Virus record (IMG/VR): IMGVR_UViG_3300025141_012985
Span: 1-64,000 of that record
DNA: 64,000 nt
Direction: 5' to 3' (one strand)
DNA from: a virus
Shown here: positions 19,355 through 28,937 of the stretch, piece after piece
How positions within the stretch are numbered: position 1 is the first letter of the stretch
Layout of the letters: the number at the start of each line of letters is the position of its first letter
Notes under the pieces: generated by a model
The model's database searches: none
Told to the model about the DNA's origin: nothing
What the model saw: the letters and a program-made list of their open reading frames with translations, nothing else
Program-made: the position numbers and the translations under genes

Positions 19355-22300
19355 ATGTCTGAAAAAAAGCTTCCAATCACCTCTTACACGCTCGTAAAAG
19401 AGCTTTCACAGTACATCGCATTTAGACAAAAGTCACCAGACATCTCCCAGTGGAGCTCAGCTCACAGCGAACCAGACACTGAGCTTATTGGAACACAGTT
19501 TCCAACAGCGGCTGCTGCGGAGGCTGCAGGAGCTGCACATAAATTCGGAGGTGCACATCTGGGAACCTCCTCACAAGACTCAGTACAGCTTCTTGAGATA
19601 TTTCTTGACATTTCAAATGGTGCAATGTTTTCGAAAGATCTGAACACGTTTCTCAAGAATTCACAATACACACTGGCACCAATTATTAGAATGTACTTTG
19701 AGGATCTTAGAGATGAAACCTTGATCCAATGGGGTACACAAGCATACACACAGCCCACACTTTCTCAGTATGCAGCCGCATCCGTTCCCCCAGATTTCGA
19801 GGACAAGATGGGTAATTTACTTGCAGCAAGTCGAGCTCAAATTGGAGTTCCGTCAATTAATGACGATGGCATGTCGCAGTTCCACCTTTCTGGAAAATCT
19901 CCCCATACGCTTAGGGGATCTATATCAAGAGCTTTGGGAAATGCAGAGGATGATGGAGATTTTCCAATAAGCATAAGGGATATGATTCAGGCTGATGAGT
20001 ACATGACGTGGCCCGTATTCGATAACAGCTGGTGGCCCACCAGGCTTCTGGATGTTATTGAAGATATTCAGAACCAAACAGGAACAGTAAACGTCCTAGA
20101 CAAGCAGAACGGCGAGCTAGAGATGACTTTCCAAAATCCAGTAGGTGGTGGGGACGATTTTAAACTGAAGCTCGGTGAACGTGATATAAATCCAGTGTTA
20201 AATCCTGCTGTAACAGTAGCTTCTATCATTGAAAATCTAGACAACCAGCTCGGTGACAGTTACACGGACTTCAGTGATTGGCTCTTAGAGCCCACTAATA
20301 GAGATGAATGTATTAGGAACTTTCTCATCACCCTCACGTTCGTGATAGCGAATAATTTTGAATATAATCCAAATACCACCCCGATCCCATCTGGAATGTA
20401 TAGAGACAACTTTAAAGTAAACGGAAGGCCAGATGATCCCAGCCGCCTGTTATATCCGTCGCTAGCTGTGTTTGTTATAAGTAATAGACATTTTAATCCT
20501 GCCTCAAGACATGTCTCTCAGGCTGCTTTATTTTCAGCAGGTGTTCCCACAACTGAGATGTCTCTCTGCTCTCCATTCTTAAGGGTGAATTTTATTATTA
20601 ACAGGCCCACTATGGAAAGATCAGGTACCGGAACTGGCATCGTGACCAGGTCTAATATGATATCATTTTTGACTGATGGATCTGTTCTCCCATGGACTTC
20701 TGATTTTTCACTTGCAAATGCAATAGAACCTGGTTCATCAGTCTTTGAGACGTCTCCATTTGGCATACTCCAGCGAGATCTCACTGGGCTAATGGCTAGT
20801 GTCTCAAACATGGATGTAGCAACTAAAACCAGAACAGGAATGGAGCTATTCACATCACCTCAGACTCTTGTGAATATGGATATAAATCAAGAAAGATCTG
20901 TTAAGGTTCTTGATCCAGCCCAGCCCCTTATGACACTTAATAGTGTATCAATAAAGGAGTATCAGTCTGGATTTGGACTAATTGGATTTAAGCGCGCAAC
21001 TGTAAACATAACACTTCATGATAGAACAAGATTGGGAGAAATTGCATACTTTATCTCACCTGCATCATTTGGCCAGGTCGAATCACTTATAGAATATGGA
21101 TGGTCACACCCCAATTCAGATTTGCTTACTGGAAGTCCGTGGGGTTCATTTTTAAACTCTCTTAGGTGTGTTGGAAAATATAGACTCATTAGGGGAAACT
21201 ATAATATGGACCAAACCGGTCAGATTAAAATTACACTTGAGATGGGATCTATGGGTGGTGAGGAATCAAAGGTTACACATGTCTGTACGGGAGATCATGT
21301 TCATATTTCTCTTTTAAACTCACTGATTAGAGATGTTAATGCGACTCTTCTTAGATTAGAGACTTTAGGGGGAAATATTACAGAAGAGATAAGAAATATT
21401 CAGACAGTTTCTGTATCTGATGCCGGAAATCAACAGATGATTCCGAGAAAAACATATGATGATTTAAGGCATTTATCAGAAAAACTTGATACTGAGACAG
21501 CCACTGAAGACATAATCAGACGAGCAATGCGTGAGATCCTGGACGCTCTTCACGCAACAGCACCAGAGTATCTTGGAGTAGATGGAAATGCATCCACCGT
21601 TCAGTCTATTCTTGGAAATATTATGGGAAATTTAAATCCCACTACTACCGCTACAGACGATCCATTTCTAACAAACGTTATTCCATTTGCAGATCAGAAA
21701 GATATGAGCTTTCTTAGATTTGCAGACATAACTTACGGAATGTGGGGACAGTCGAGAGGTGCAGATCACGATCTAAGCTCCGCAGCAATGTCAGATGCAC
21801 TTCTAGGAACCCTTATCGACACATCTAGGAGAGATGATGAAGAGGAGGAAGAGGAAGAAGAGGAGGAATCTCCTGCACCCCCTATAGAGCCGGATGGTCT
21901 CGGAAACGGTGACTGGGTCTCTTTAGGGAAGCTAGTCACAGTAATGGTCGGTCACCCTCTTGCTGCAACTGGAAGATTTGACGAGGTTCAGGTTTTATTT
22001 TATACTTTTAATGAATGCTCTGGTGCTATGCAATCAAGGCCTGTGTCTGATTTTCCAATTAGATTTTCTGCATTTTTTCAGAGAATAGTAGACGCTGTTG
22101 ATTCAAATTCGAATCTAACAACAAGCAGAATTGAGACAATTCTTGCAAGGTTTGTAAACAACGGGGCTGCACAAGCGTATGGATTCAAAGACATATATTC
22201 AGAACAAAGAGAGGACCAAGAGAGGCTCGATGCTGAAAGAGAGGCAGTGAGAGAAGCTCGTGTTGCAGCAAGAGAAGAGCACGAAGAAGATGAAGCTGCT

Positions 22301-23500
22301 CTTTCAGCTGAGCTCACTAGGCTAGACACTAGGCTAGAAGATATAAACAAAAGTGCATACGACATGAGAACATTCCAGGCTAAAAGGATGCATAAGCTAG
22401 GAATGTGGCGCCCGAGATTTAAAATACCAAGATTGAAATTTTTGTATGAGGCGGTGCCCGCTTTAGTTTATTCGTCAGCAGGGGGTGTTCCATCTGTAAA
22501 TAGAAATAAGACAATATTGAGAATTCATGTTATGGATTCAAATTCATCTTCTCATCCCGGAGAGCAACTTGTCTTAGATACCATCACAGCTGGTGAAGCA
22601 CCCGCAGTATTTTCGATGAGCACAACAGGTGCCGATAATGTTGGCCAGGGAGCAGAAATTTTACGGGGTGTGCTCGATGCCGAACTTATAGAGCCTAGAG
22701 CTCCTGTGCAAGATGACCCAGCAGAAGCCTCTATACAAAGGATGGCAGCAGCTGTGTCTAGAGAGGCAATTCATGACTATCTAAGAAAGACAGTTCCTAC
22801 TGTTCAGTTTGGAACAGCATTTAGTCCGTTTAGCAGTGTAAGCATAAGCGGTATGTCAAGCGGTGCCTTATTTGACGCACTGTTATCAGATACATTCAGA
22901 GATGATGATGATGACCCGCAAGAGCAGGGAACAAACACATCAGGAATAGATGAGGTTACAGTTGTTCCAGTTACTGCAAAGGCTTCAAGCTTGGGAAATC
23001 CAATGTTCCACTACGGTCAGCAATTCTATCTAGATCTAAAGACTGGAACGACTGCAGATAATATCTTTACTGTTAGAGATGTTACACACAACATAAGCCC
23101 GGGAACTTTCACAACTGATCTGAGTTTCTATCCGGCAGGTCAAAATGCAACTGTTGATTCAATTAGGGCAAATCTTGCTTCAACGCTTTCACTTCTTGAT
23201 CAGACTTCTGCGACTGCCGGCAGCGGTGAATCAAGAGAGACAATAAACAATCTTTCATCTGACGCTTCACAGGATTCAACACGTGTCCCTAGAGGTGTGG
23301 CTGCTGATATTGAACAATCTGTTGATGATTCAAGAGGATGGGCAAGTCACTGGAGATCGGTTCCGATTGAGATAGCTGCTGATGCAGAAAGAGAGGACTG
23401 GGCAGCATTACAAGTTGAACTCAAGGAGATCTGGGCAGATCAAAATATGACATTCGACCAAAAGAAAGCCCGCACGGACGAGATTCTTGACTCGCTCTGA
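19355..23500 (+). CDS. Large baseplate hub-like virion protein (gp27/gpD-like)
   Basis: Follows the LysM gene; 'IEYGWSHP' and C-terminal 'GNP...YGQQFY.D..TGT.ADN.F.V..V.H.I.PG.F.T' resemble hub proteins; internal acidic tracts. Confidence 0.55.
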   Translation: MSEKKLPITSYTLVKELSQYIAFRQKSPDISQWSSAHSEPDTELIGTQFPTAAAAEAAGAAHKFGGAHLGTSSQDSVQLLEIFLDISNGAMFSKDLNTFLKNSQYTLAPIIRMYFEDLRDETLIQWGTQAYTQPTLSQYAAASVPPDFEDKMGNLLAASRAQIGVPSINDDGMSQFHLSGKSPHTLRGSISRALGNAEDDGDFPISIRDMIQADEYMTWPVFDNSWWPTRLLDVIEDIQNQTGTVNVLDKQNGELEMTFQNPVGGGDDFKLKLGERDINPVLNPAVTVASIIENLDNQLGDSYTDFSDWLLEPTNRDECIRNFLITLTFVIANNFEYNPNTTPIPSGMYRDNFKVNGRPDDPSRLLYPSLAVFVISNRHFNPASRHVSQAALFSAGVPTTEMSLCSPFLRVNFIINRPTMERSGTGTGIVTRSNMISFLTDGSVLPWTSDFSLANAIEPGSSVFETSPFGILQRDLTGLMASVSNMDVATKTRTGMELFTSPQTLVNMDINQERSVKVLDPAQPLMTLNSVSIKEYQSGFGLIGFKRATVNITLHDRTRLGEIAYFISPASFGQVESLIEYGWSHPNSDLLTGSPWGSFLNSLRCVGKYRLIRGNYNMDQTGQIKITLEMGSMGGEESKVTHVCTGDHVHISLLNSLIRDVNATLLRLETLGGNITEEIRNIQTVSVSDAGNQQMIPRKTYDDLRHLSEKLDTETATEDIIRRAMREILDALHATAPEYLGVDGNASTVQSILGNIMGNLNPTTTATDDPFLTNVIPFADQKDMSFLRFADITYGMWGQSRGADHDLSSAAMSDALLGTLIDTSRRDDEEEEEEEEEESPAPPIEPDGLGNGDWVSLGKLVTVMVGHPLAATGRFDEVQVLFYTFNECSGAMQSRPVSDFPIRFSAFFQRIVDAVDSNSNLTTSRIETILARFVNNGAAQAYGFKDIYSEQREDQERLDAEREAVREARVAAREEHEEDEAALSAELTRLDTRLEDINKSAYDMRTFQAKRMHKLGMWRPRFKIPRLKFLYEAVPALVYSSAGGVPSVNRNKTILRIHVMDSNSSSHPGEQLVLDTITAGEAPAVFSMSTTGADNVGQGAEILRGVLDAELIEPRAPVQDDPAEASIQRMAAAVSREAIHDYLRKTVPTVQFGTAFSPFSSVSISGMSSGALFDALLSDTFRDDDDDPQEQGTNTSGIDEVTVVPVTAKASSLGNPMFHYGQQFYLDLKTGTTADNIFTVRDVTHNISPGTFTTDLSFYPAGQNATVDSIRANLASTLSLLDQTSATAGSGESRETINNLSSDASQDSTRVPRGVAADIEQSVDDSRGWASHWRSVPIEIAADAEREDWAALQVELKEIWADQNMTFDQKKARTDEILDSL

Positions 23501-23553
23501 AGCCCGATGAATTGATGTACATTGCTTGATAGAGTTATTATGATATAATCACT

Positions 23554-24771
23554 ATGACTGTGTGCATACATAAGTCCCTAATTGGAACAAATCATCATCT
23601 GATAAGTCAAGATGGTGAATTTAGGTGGGATAGTTCAATACCAGAGGAAGCATGGTTATGCGGAAATTCAGATGACCATCCAAGAAGTCTTGACGTCCTT
23701 TCTAAGTCAACGGGAGTGTCTCTGTCTACGTCTCCGTCTGAAGCGTACAGTACAATGTGGTCACTTTTAAGGCCAGACGGGATGAAAAATGTTCCTATGT
23801 CTTGGGCACTTGAATCGGAAAGGTTCCAGACTCATTTAAAGCAGCTTCTAAGACAAATTGATGAACTTCTAAGCTCACACCATGATTCCTATTATGCTAG
23901 AGAGTTCGTGACAATACGTCAGTTCCTGCAGGGTCTGGATAGGTGCAAGATAGACAAGAAGTCTGTTCTTAAAATTCTAAACGATGAGTCAGAAAGAGAT
24001 GGATCTTTGAGATCATTTATTCCTGATGATTCTGGATTTTTGCAAAAGACTGTGTATAGTCAGACATCTTCCTGTAGCGGCCGGCTTACAGTTGTAAAGG
24101 GTCCTTCAATACTGACACTTAGAAAGGATAGAAGAAGTCTTTTAAGATCTTCATCTCAAACAGGGATAATTGTTCAGATTGACTTTGTATCTCTTGAGCC
24201 CAGGGTTGCTCTTTCAATTTCTGACAAAAGTAGCCAGGGTGATATCTATGAATCTATTCGAAATAATGTTCTTGGGGGTGAGGTGAGTAGAGATGTTGCC
24301 AAGATTGCTACAATTAGCTCCCTATATGGAATGTCATCTAGAAAGCTCGGTGAGATGATCGGGGATAGAGATGCTTCTAGGGCTAGAAGAGTTTTGAGAA
24401 AGATCCGCGATCATTTTGAAATCTCAAGTCTTGAGAAAAGCCTACGGGAGTCTTCTAAAAGTGATCTCAAGATTAAAAGCCACTATGGTCGAGTAATGAT
24501 GACAGATGACATGTCAAACCATGTTCTTGTCAATAGGTTTATTCAGTCAACAGCGACTGATGCTGCCCTGCTGGGATTTAGAAATCTTGTTGATGAAATT
24601 CAAAATAAGGGAATCAGGGCTAGGCCAGTATTTGTTATTCACGATGCTCTAATCTTAGATGTTGAGAAAGATGACTATCATAAGCTTAATAGTGTAGTGT
24701 CTGTCCCGCTCGAACTTCCAGATCTAAAGGGAACTTTTCCCGTATCAATAGAGATCATAGCCCAGCACTGA
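23554..24771 (+). CDS. Minimal family A DNA polymerase (polymerase domain only)
   Basis: SGRL; motif A QIDFVSLEPR; motif B RDVAKIATISSLYG; NRFIQSTATD; motif C VIHDAL. 405 aa, no exonuclease motifs seen. Confidence 0.85.
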   Translation: MTVCIHKSLIGTNHHLISQDGEFRWDSSIPEEAWLCGNSDDHPRSLDVLSKSTGVSLSTSPSEAYSTMWSLLRPDGMKNVPMSWALESERFQTHLKQLLRQIDELLSSHHDSYYAREFVTIRQFLQGLDRCKIDKKSVLKILNDESERDGSLRSFIPDDSGFLQKTVYSQTSSCSGRLTVVKGPSILTLRKDRRSLLRSSSQTGIIVQIDFVSLEPRVALSISDKSSQGDIYESIRNNVLGGEVSRDVAKIATISSLYGMSSRKLGEMIGDRDASRARRVLRKIRDHFEISSLEKSLRESSKSDLKIKSHYGRVMMTDDMSNHVLVNRFIQSTATDAALLGFRNLVDEIQNKGIRARPVFVIHDALILDVEKDDYHKLNSVVSVPLELPDLKGTFPVSIEIIAQH

Positions 24772-24772
24772 A

Positions 24773-24779
24773 ATACTTA
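24773..24779 (+). promoter_or_regulatory. Putative late promoter motif ATANTTA
   Basis: ATACTTA upstream of ORF 24794. Confidence 0.45.
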
Positions 24780-24793
24780 TATGAGAGGCTCGT

Positions 24794-25408
24794 ATGAATA
24801 TTTCCACTAAGATGCTTAGGCAGATAATCAATGAAGAGATTAATGTCGCAAGAATAGAGAACAAAGGTCAGTTTGGGTATATTATGCAGATGATAATGGG
24901 AAGTCCAAATGAACCTATCTCAGACGATCTATACGATCCGATTAAGGGAAAGTTGATACTAAGAAAGGGTGAATCATTTAATGATATTTCTCCTAGATCA
25001 TCGCATATTCTTCTCAGGTATTACAACATAGATACGACACCTGATATTTATATTTCCGATTCGCCCGTGAGAAGGCGCAGAAAGCCTGATGATACTTCTT
25101 CTAGGCCTGCTGTAAAAGCAGGGCCAAGCGATGTCCAGACTGTTGCAAGCGCTCTTTCAGGGTATGTAAGGGGAGGTTCTCCCCCGCTTAGAAATGATGT
25201 CATAAAAATTGTCGCTGACTCAAAGAGAGGTGAGATTGCTGTCTATCTTAGAGGGCCAAGTGAGAGAATGGCCTCAGATCAACAGATTGCATGTGCATTA
25301 AGATACTTGCTCGATGAAAAAATTTCGGCATCCGGAAGATATATCGTCAATCCGTGCGGCTTTGGCAATATGCCAAAGAATGATTTAATTGTCATAGTCA
25401 AGCTCTAG
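24794..25408 (+). CDS. Hypothetical protein (possible internal virion protein)
   Basis: SD GAGG; N-terminal LRQIINEE motif. Confidence 0.55.
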   Translation: MNISTKMLRQIINEEINVARIENKGQFGYIMQMIMGSPNEPISDDLYDPIKGKLILRKGESFNDISPRSSHILLRYYNIDTTPDIYISDSPVRRRRKPDDTSSRPAVKAGPSDVQTVASALSGYVRGGSPPLRNDVIKIVADSKRGEIAVYLRGPSERMASDQQIACALRYLLDEKISASGRYIVNPCGFGNMPKNDLIVIVKL

Positions 25409-25409
25409 C

Positions 25410-25438
25410 TTGTACAAGAGAGATCAGCGTGATATCAT
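25410..25438 (+). promoter_or_regulatory. Sigma70-like early/middle promoter
   Basis: TTGTAC-N17-TATCAT upstream of the HD gene. Confidence 0.5.
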
Positions 25439-25456
25439 TATATAGAGGTTAATATA

Positions 25457-26038
25457 ATGATATCAATAGATAAGATTGAGAGTAATTGGGGTGTATTTGA
25501 AAAACTTTGTGGAAGATTATCAGATCACAATCTGACAAATCTAATGTCGGCATTAGGTGAGAGATTTTCTACATGTCCAGCCAGCTCAAGGCTTGATCAT
25601 CACTATGCGTATCCCGGCGGCTTGATTCAACAATCTCTTGATGTAACTTCTACAATGAGGACGATAAATGAGTCACATGACTTTGGACTAAAGACAGCTT
25701 CAATTCTAAAGGTAGGTCTTCTTCATGATATAGGAAAGGTGGGATCAATAGATTGTGACTATTTTATTCCTCAAGATTCTGACTGGCATAGGGAGAAGCT
25801 TGGCCAGATATTTAAATACAATGAAGATCTCAATAAGATGTCAGTCTCACATAGGTCTCTGCATCTTCTTCAACATTTTGGAATTTCACTAACAACAGAA
25901 GAGTGGCTTGCAATCCAGCTAGCAGCTGGATCACACTTTGAAGAAAATAGATTTTATGTAGGACATGAGCCAACTCTTGCTCTTGTATTACAGACAGCCA
26001 AGAGTATTGTAATTCACAAGTTCAAAAATATGCAATAG
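25457..26038 (+). CDS. HD-domain protein (YhaM-like), possibly degenerate
   Basis: 'PAS...HHYAYPGGL', 'LLHDIGK', 'H..SL..LQ.FG..L..EE..AI'. Confidence 0.75.
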   Translation: MISIDKIESNWGVFEKLCGRLSDHNLTNLMSALGERFSTCPASSRLDHHYAYPGGLIQQSLDVTSTMRTINESHDFGLKTASILKVGLLHDIGKVGSIDCDYFIPQDSDWHREKLGQIFKYNEDLNKMSVSHRSLHLLQHFGISLTTEEWLAIQLAAGSHFEENRFYVGHEPTLALVLQTAKSIVIHKFKNMQ

Positions 26039-26051
26039 CTAATTGATATGA

Positions 26052-26058
26052 ATATTTA
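26052..26058 (+). promoter_or_regulatory. Putative late promoter motif ATANTTA
   Basis: ATATTTA just upstream of ORF 26064. Confidence 0.45.
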
Positions 26059-26063
26059 GTTAT

Positions 26064-27944
26064 GTGAAAGATAAAGGCGAGAATAAGTCTGGATATTACT
26101 CCAGCCACGGTGCTATGGTTCCAATGGGCCCAGCATTTACCACAGATGGGTCTCAATATCTTGGAAGACCCCGAAGGCCAAACTATCAAGGATCTGCGGG
26201 TCAGCCCTCTATGAGCGCAGATAGCGGCCTCTCTTCTGTGGATGGAATTGCAAGAGTTAATAGGGGGTATGAGGATGAGATACATTCAGAGCCTATGTTT
26301 CCAGATCAAAATCCTGAAGAGGATGAGGATCTCTACTTCTTAAGAACAAGAAAGCTTCCCATATATCCTCGAAGCTCCCGCAAACAATCTGGTGCAAAGC
26401 ACAGAAGTAGATATAAAAAACTAAACCCACTCAAAGAAGGATTTATTCCTGATTTTGTTGCAGATGCTGCAAAAAGTTTGGGACTTTCTGCTCCAGGAAT
26501 TGATGCACTCATCGGAAAAATGATCCTTGATAGGGAGGCTGCTTCTGGAAATCTTGCCATTGAGGAGATGTGTAGGATTGTAGGCTTAGACCCGACCATT
26601 ATTGCAACAGCAATGATAGATGTTGATGATAGCCAAATGATAAATGTCATTCAGAATATTTGCAATCTTGACATGGAGGACAGATTAGCTGCTCGGACTA
26701 AGTTTAGAGAGTTTTTAAAATCTCTTAAAGATGCTGTAGTGACCCTAGTTCAGGCATATGATTCAGTATTTACACTTATTGCAGGTCAGCTAGGACCGCA
26801 AGCAGCCACACCTGAAGAGGTCGCTACTATTCCTGCTGTTAACTTTGTTTCTGGAATTTCTGGATTTTTTATTAGGACTCTTCCTATAGAGAGACTTATA
26901 TTCAATCTATCATCAAAGCTAGCTCAGATGTTTACCGGTGTTATGGAGATATCAGAGCACATAGAATCAGTTTCTCCCAAGTACGGAGAAGCAATGGGAC
27001 GACTTGAGAGCGGATTTGGTCCAGTTTTTTCAGCTGTTAGGCAAAAGCCGGGCCTCTCATTATCGAGACTTGGATCTCTATATGCCGCCCTAGATGGCGA
27101 TACTTCACTTTGCAGGGTTGAAACTCTTCCTCTTACTGATGAGGCAGCAGTAGAAGTAGAGGAAGAACTATCGAGCACTCCAGCTGTTACAACGATAGAT
27201 GATCTAAGCGATCCTGCTGAAGATACTTTTCCAGCAGATGAGCCCGTGATTATGTCAGGCTTAGATGATGAAGAATCTCTATTTCCAGAGGCGGAAAACT
27301 GTGCATGTCCGATCTCAGAGTTGAGGTTTAGAGTTCTTGAGAATAGTTATAATAGAATTATGAGGAATTTAGATATGTCAGAATCTACGTTAAGAATGTT
27401 TATTAAAGAAATGATGCTAGAGTCAAAAGATAAAGAAAAAGAAGATGTAGAAGAAGTCGATATGCCCAGCAGATATGGTGGACCAGGATATCTTGCAGTT
27501 GATATTCCCCCTCTCGCACAAGAGTATATAGATGAAGACCAAGAAGAAAGAGAAGATGTCGCTGACCAGTATGCTGTAACATACAAGGGAGATCTGGGAT
27601 ACGCTGGGTATAGTGCTAGACCCGAAAGAACGCTCCCAGGCGGGCTTGCTGAGCAGGCTCTAAGAAGAATTATCAGAGAGGAGGCAAAAAAGCTTCTTTC
27701 TGGAGAAGATGATTCAAAAAAAAAAGATGAAGAAGAGCAGGAAGAGGCAGTAACAGTTGCTGGAATGGGATCGGGAATGGGCCCTGTTACACCCCTTGGT
27801 ACAGGTCCAGATGGTGGAAAAAAAACATCAATGACACCATCTGACGACGGCGCGAGAGAAAGATCAATTTACGCTAATGAGAGAGGCTACGGTGGCGGTC
27901 AACGGTCAAGTTCATGGCTAGCTTATCCCAAAATGGGATATTAG
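26064..27944 (+). CDS. Hypothetical acidic protein (possible internal head protein); start uncertain
   Basis: Long ORF with disordered acidic segments and two LRxxIxE motifs. Confidence 0.6.
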   Translation: MKDKGENKSGYYSSHGAMVPMGPAFTTDGSQYLGRPRRPNYQGSAGQPSMSADSGLSSVDGIARVNRGYEDEIHSEPMFPDQNPEEDEDLYFLRTRKLPIYPRSSRKQSGAKHRSRYKKLNPLKEGFIPDFVADAAKSLGLSAPGIDALIGKMILDREAASGNLAIEEMCRIVGLDPTIIATAMIDVDDSQMINVIQNICNLDMEDRLAARTKFREFLKSLKDAVVTLVQAYDSVFTLIAGQLGPQAATPEEVATIPAVNFVSGISGFFIRTLPIERLIFNLSSKLAQMFTGVMEISEHIESVSPKYGEAMGRLESGFGPVFSAVRQKPGLSLSRLGSLYAALDGDTSLCRVETLPLTDEAAVEVEEELSSTPAVTTIDDLSDPAEDTFPADEPVIMSGLDDEESLFPEAENCACPISELRFRVLENSYNRIMRNLDMSESTLRMFIKEMMLESKDKEKEDVEEVDMPSRYGGPGYLAVDIPPLAQEYIDEDQEEREDVADQYAVTYKGDLGYAGYSARPERTLPGGLAEQALRRIIREEAKKLLSGEDDSKKKDEEEQEEAVTVAGMGSGMGPVTPLGTGPDGGKKTSMTPSDDGARERSIYANERGYGGGQRSSSWLAYPKMGY

Positions 27945-28085
27945 TTACCATCTAAGATCATTTAAAAAAATCTTCTCTAATTTCTGAACATATTTTGCAA
28001 TTGACTGTATTATTATACTGTGATATGAATTATATCACACAGCTAATATTGCCAATTTACCAGTTTAAAAATTTAGGAGGTTAAC

Positions 28086-28865
28086 ATGGCATTTGACAGA
28101 GAGGCATTACAGCGAAGGCTTGATGCACTAAGCGGAAATCGAAGAAAGAAGTCTGCAACTTGGAGACCCACAGAGGGAGAAGACGCTACTATTAGGCTTA
28201 TCTCTTTTCCAGATAATGACGGCCAGCCGTTTAAGGAGCTTTATTTCTATTACAATATTGGAAATAATCCGGGACTTCTTGCCCCTTATCAGTTTGGAGA
28301 CCCAGACCCTATTCAGGAGTTGATTACAAAGCTTCGAGGCGATGATGCTCGTGAATCGTATGAGCTAGCTAAAAAGCTCTATCCCAAGATGAGAGTGTAT
28401 GCTCCAATCATTGTTCGAGGAGAAGAAGACAAGGGTGTCCAGATCTGGGGATTTGGAAAGATGGTGTATCAAGCACTCCTTAACATTATGCTTGATGAGG
28501 ACTATGGAGATATCACTGACCCACTTGAGGGAAGAGATGTCAAGGTTACCTGTACCCGAGAGGCGGGAAGAAAGTGGGCAACGACAACTGTTCGACCAAG
28601 AGGAAAGGAGACAGATCTCTCTACAGACAAGGCGCAAGCTACTGGATGGATGTCAGAAATTCCTGATCCAACAGCGATGTATGAGTGCAAGTCTTATGAT
28701 GAGCTCACTAAGATCATTAATGACTGGCTGAATTCTGATTCAGAGGATGATTCCATGGGAACTACCATGGGAGGATCTTCCACAAAGACAGACAAGACGC
28801 AAAAGTCCTCAGAAAATTCTGGGTATAAGTCTCTTGATGATGCTTTTGCAGATCTTATGGAGTAA
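28086..28865 (+). CDS. Single-stranded DNA-binding protein (T4 gp32-like)
   Basis: 'W.P..G....IR', 'GVQIWGFGK.VY', 'YGDITDP.EGRD', acidic tail ending LDDAFADLME; SD AGGAGG; upstream of recA. Confidence 0.85.
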   Translation: MAFDREALQRRLDALSGNRRKKSATWRPTEGEDATIRLISFPDNDGQPFKELYFYYNIGNNPGLLAPYQFGDPDPIQELITKLRGDDARESYELAKKLYPKMRVYAPIIVRGEEDKGVQIWGFGKMVYQALLNIMLDEDYGDITDPLEGRDVKVTCTREAGRKWATTTVRPRGKETDLSTDKAQATGWMSEIPDPTAMYECKSYDELTKIINDWLNSDSEDDSMGTTMGGSSTKTDKTQKSSENSGYKSLDDAFADLME

Positions 28866-28874
28866 TTAGAGACT

Positions 28875-28899
28875 TGGGGGGGATTTTCCCCCCACATTT
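28875..28899 (+). terminator. Rho-independent terminator
   Basis: TGGGGGGGA-TTT-TCCCCCCA followed by CATTT. Confidence 0.6.
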
Positions 28900-28937
28900 C
28901 TTACTCTATTTAGAAATTGATACATGGAGAGTGTACT

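Noticed and set aside
21832-21868. GAR-rich repeat in the hub-like gene
   Set aside because: It simply encodes a poly-Glu linker (DDEEEEEEEEE); no sign of a separate element.
5073-23500. Bacterial eCIS/tailocin locus or integrated prophage
   Set aside because: Neck proteins, gp32-like SSB, gp41-like helicase, phage promoter motifs and uniform one-strand packing indicate a phage genome. No integrase or host housekeeping context is present.
27716-27725. A10 run in ORF 26064 as a frameshift site
   Set aside because: The frame reads through (SKKKD) to a plausible C-terminus, so no shift is needed to explain the sequence.
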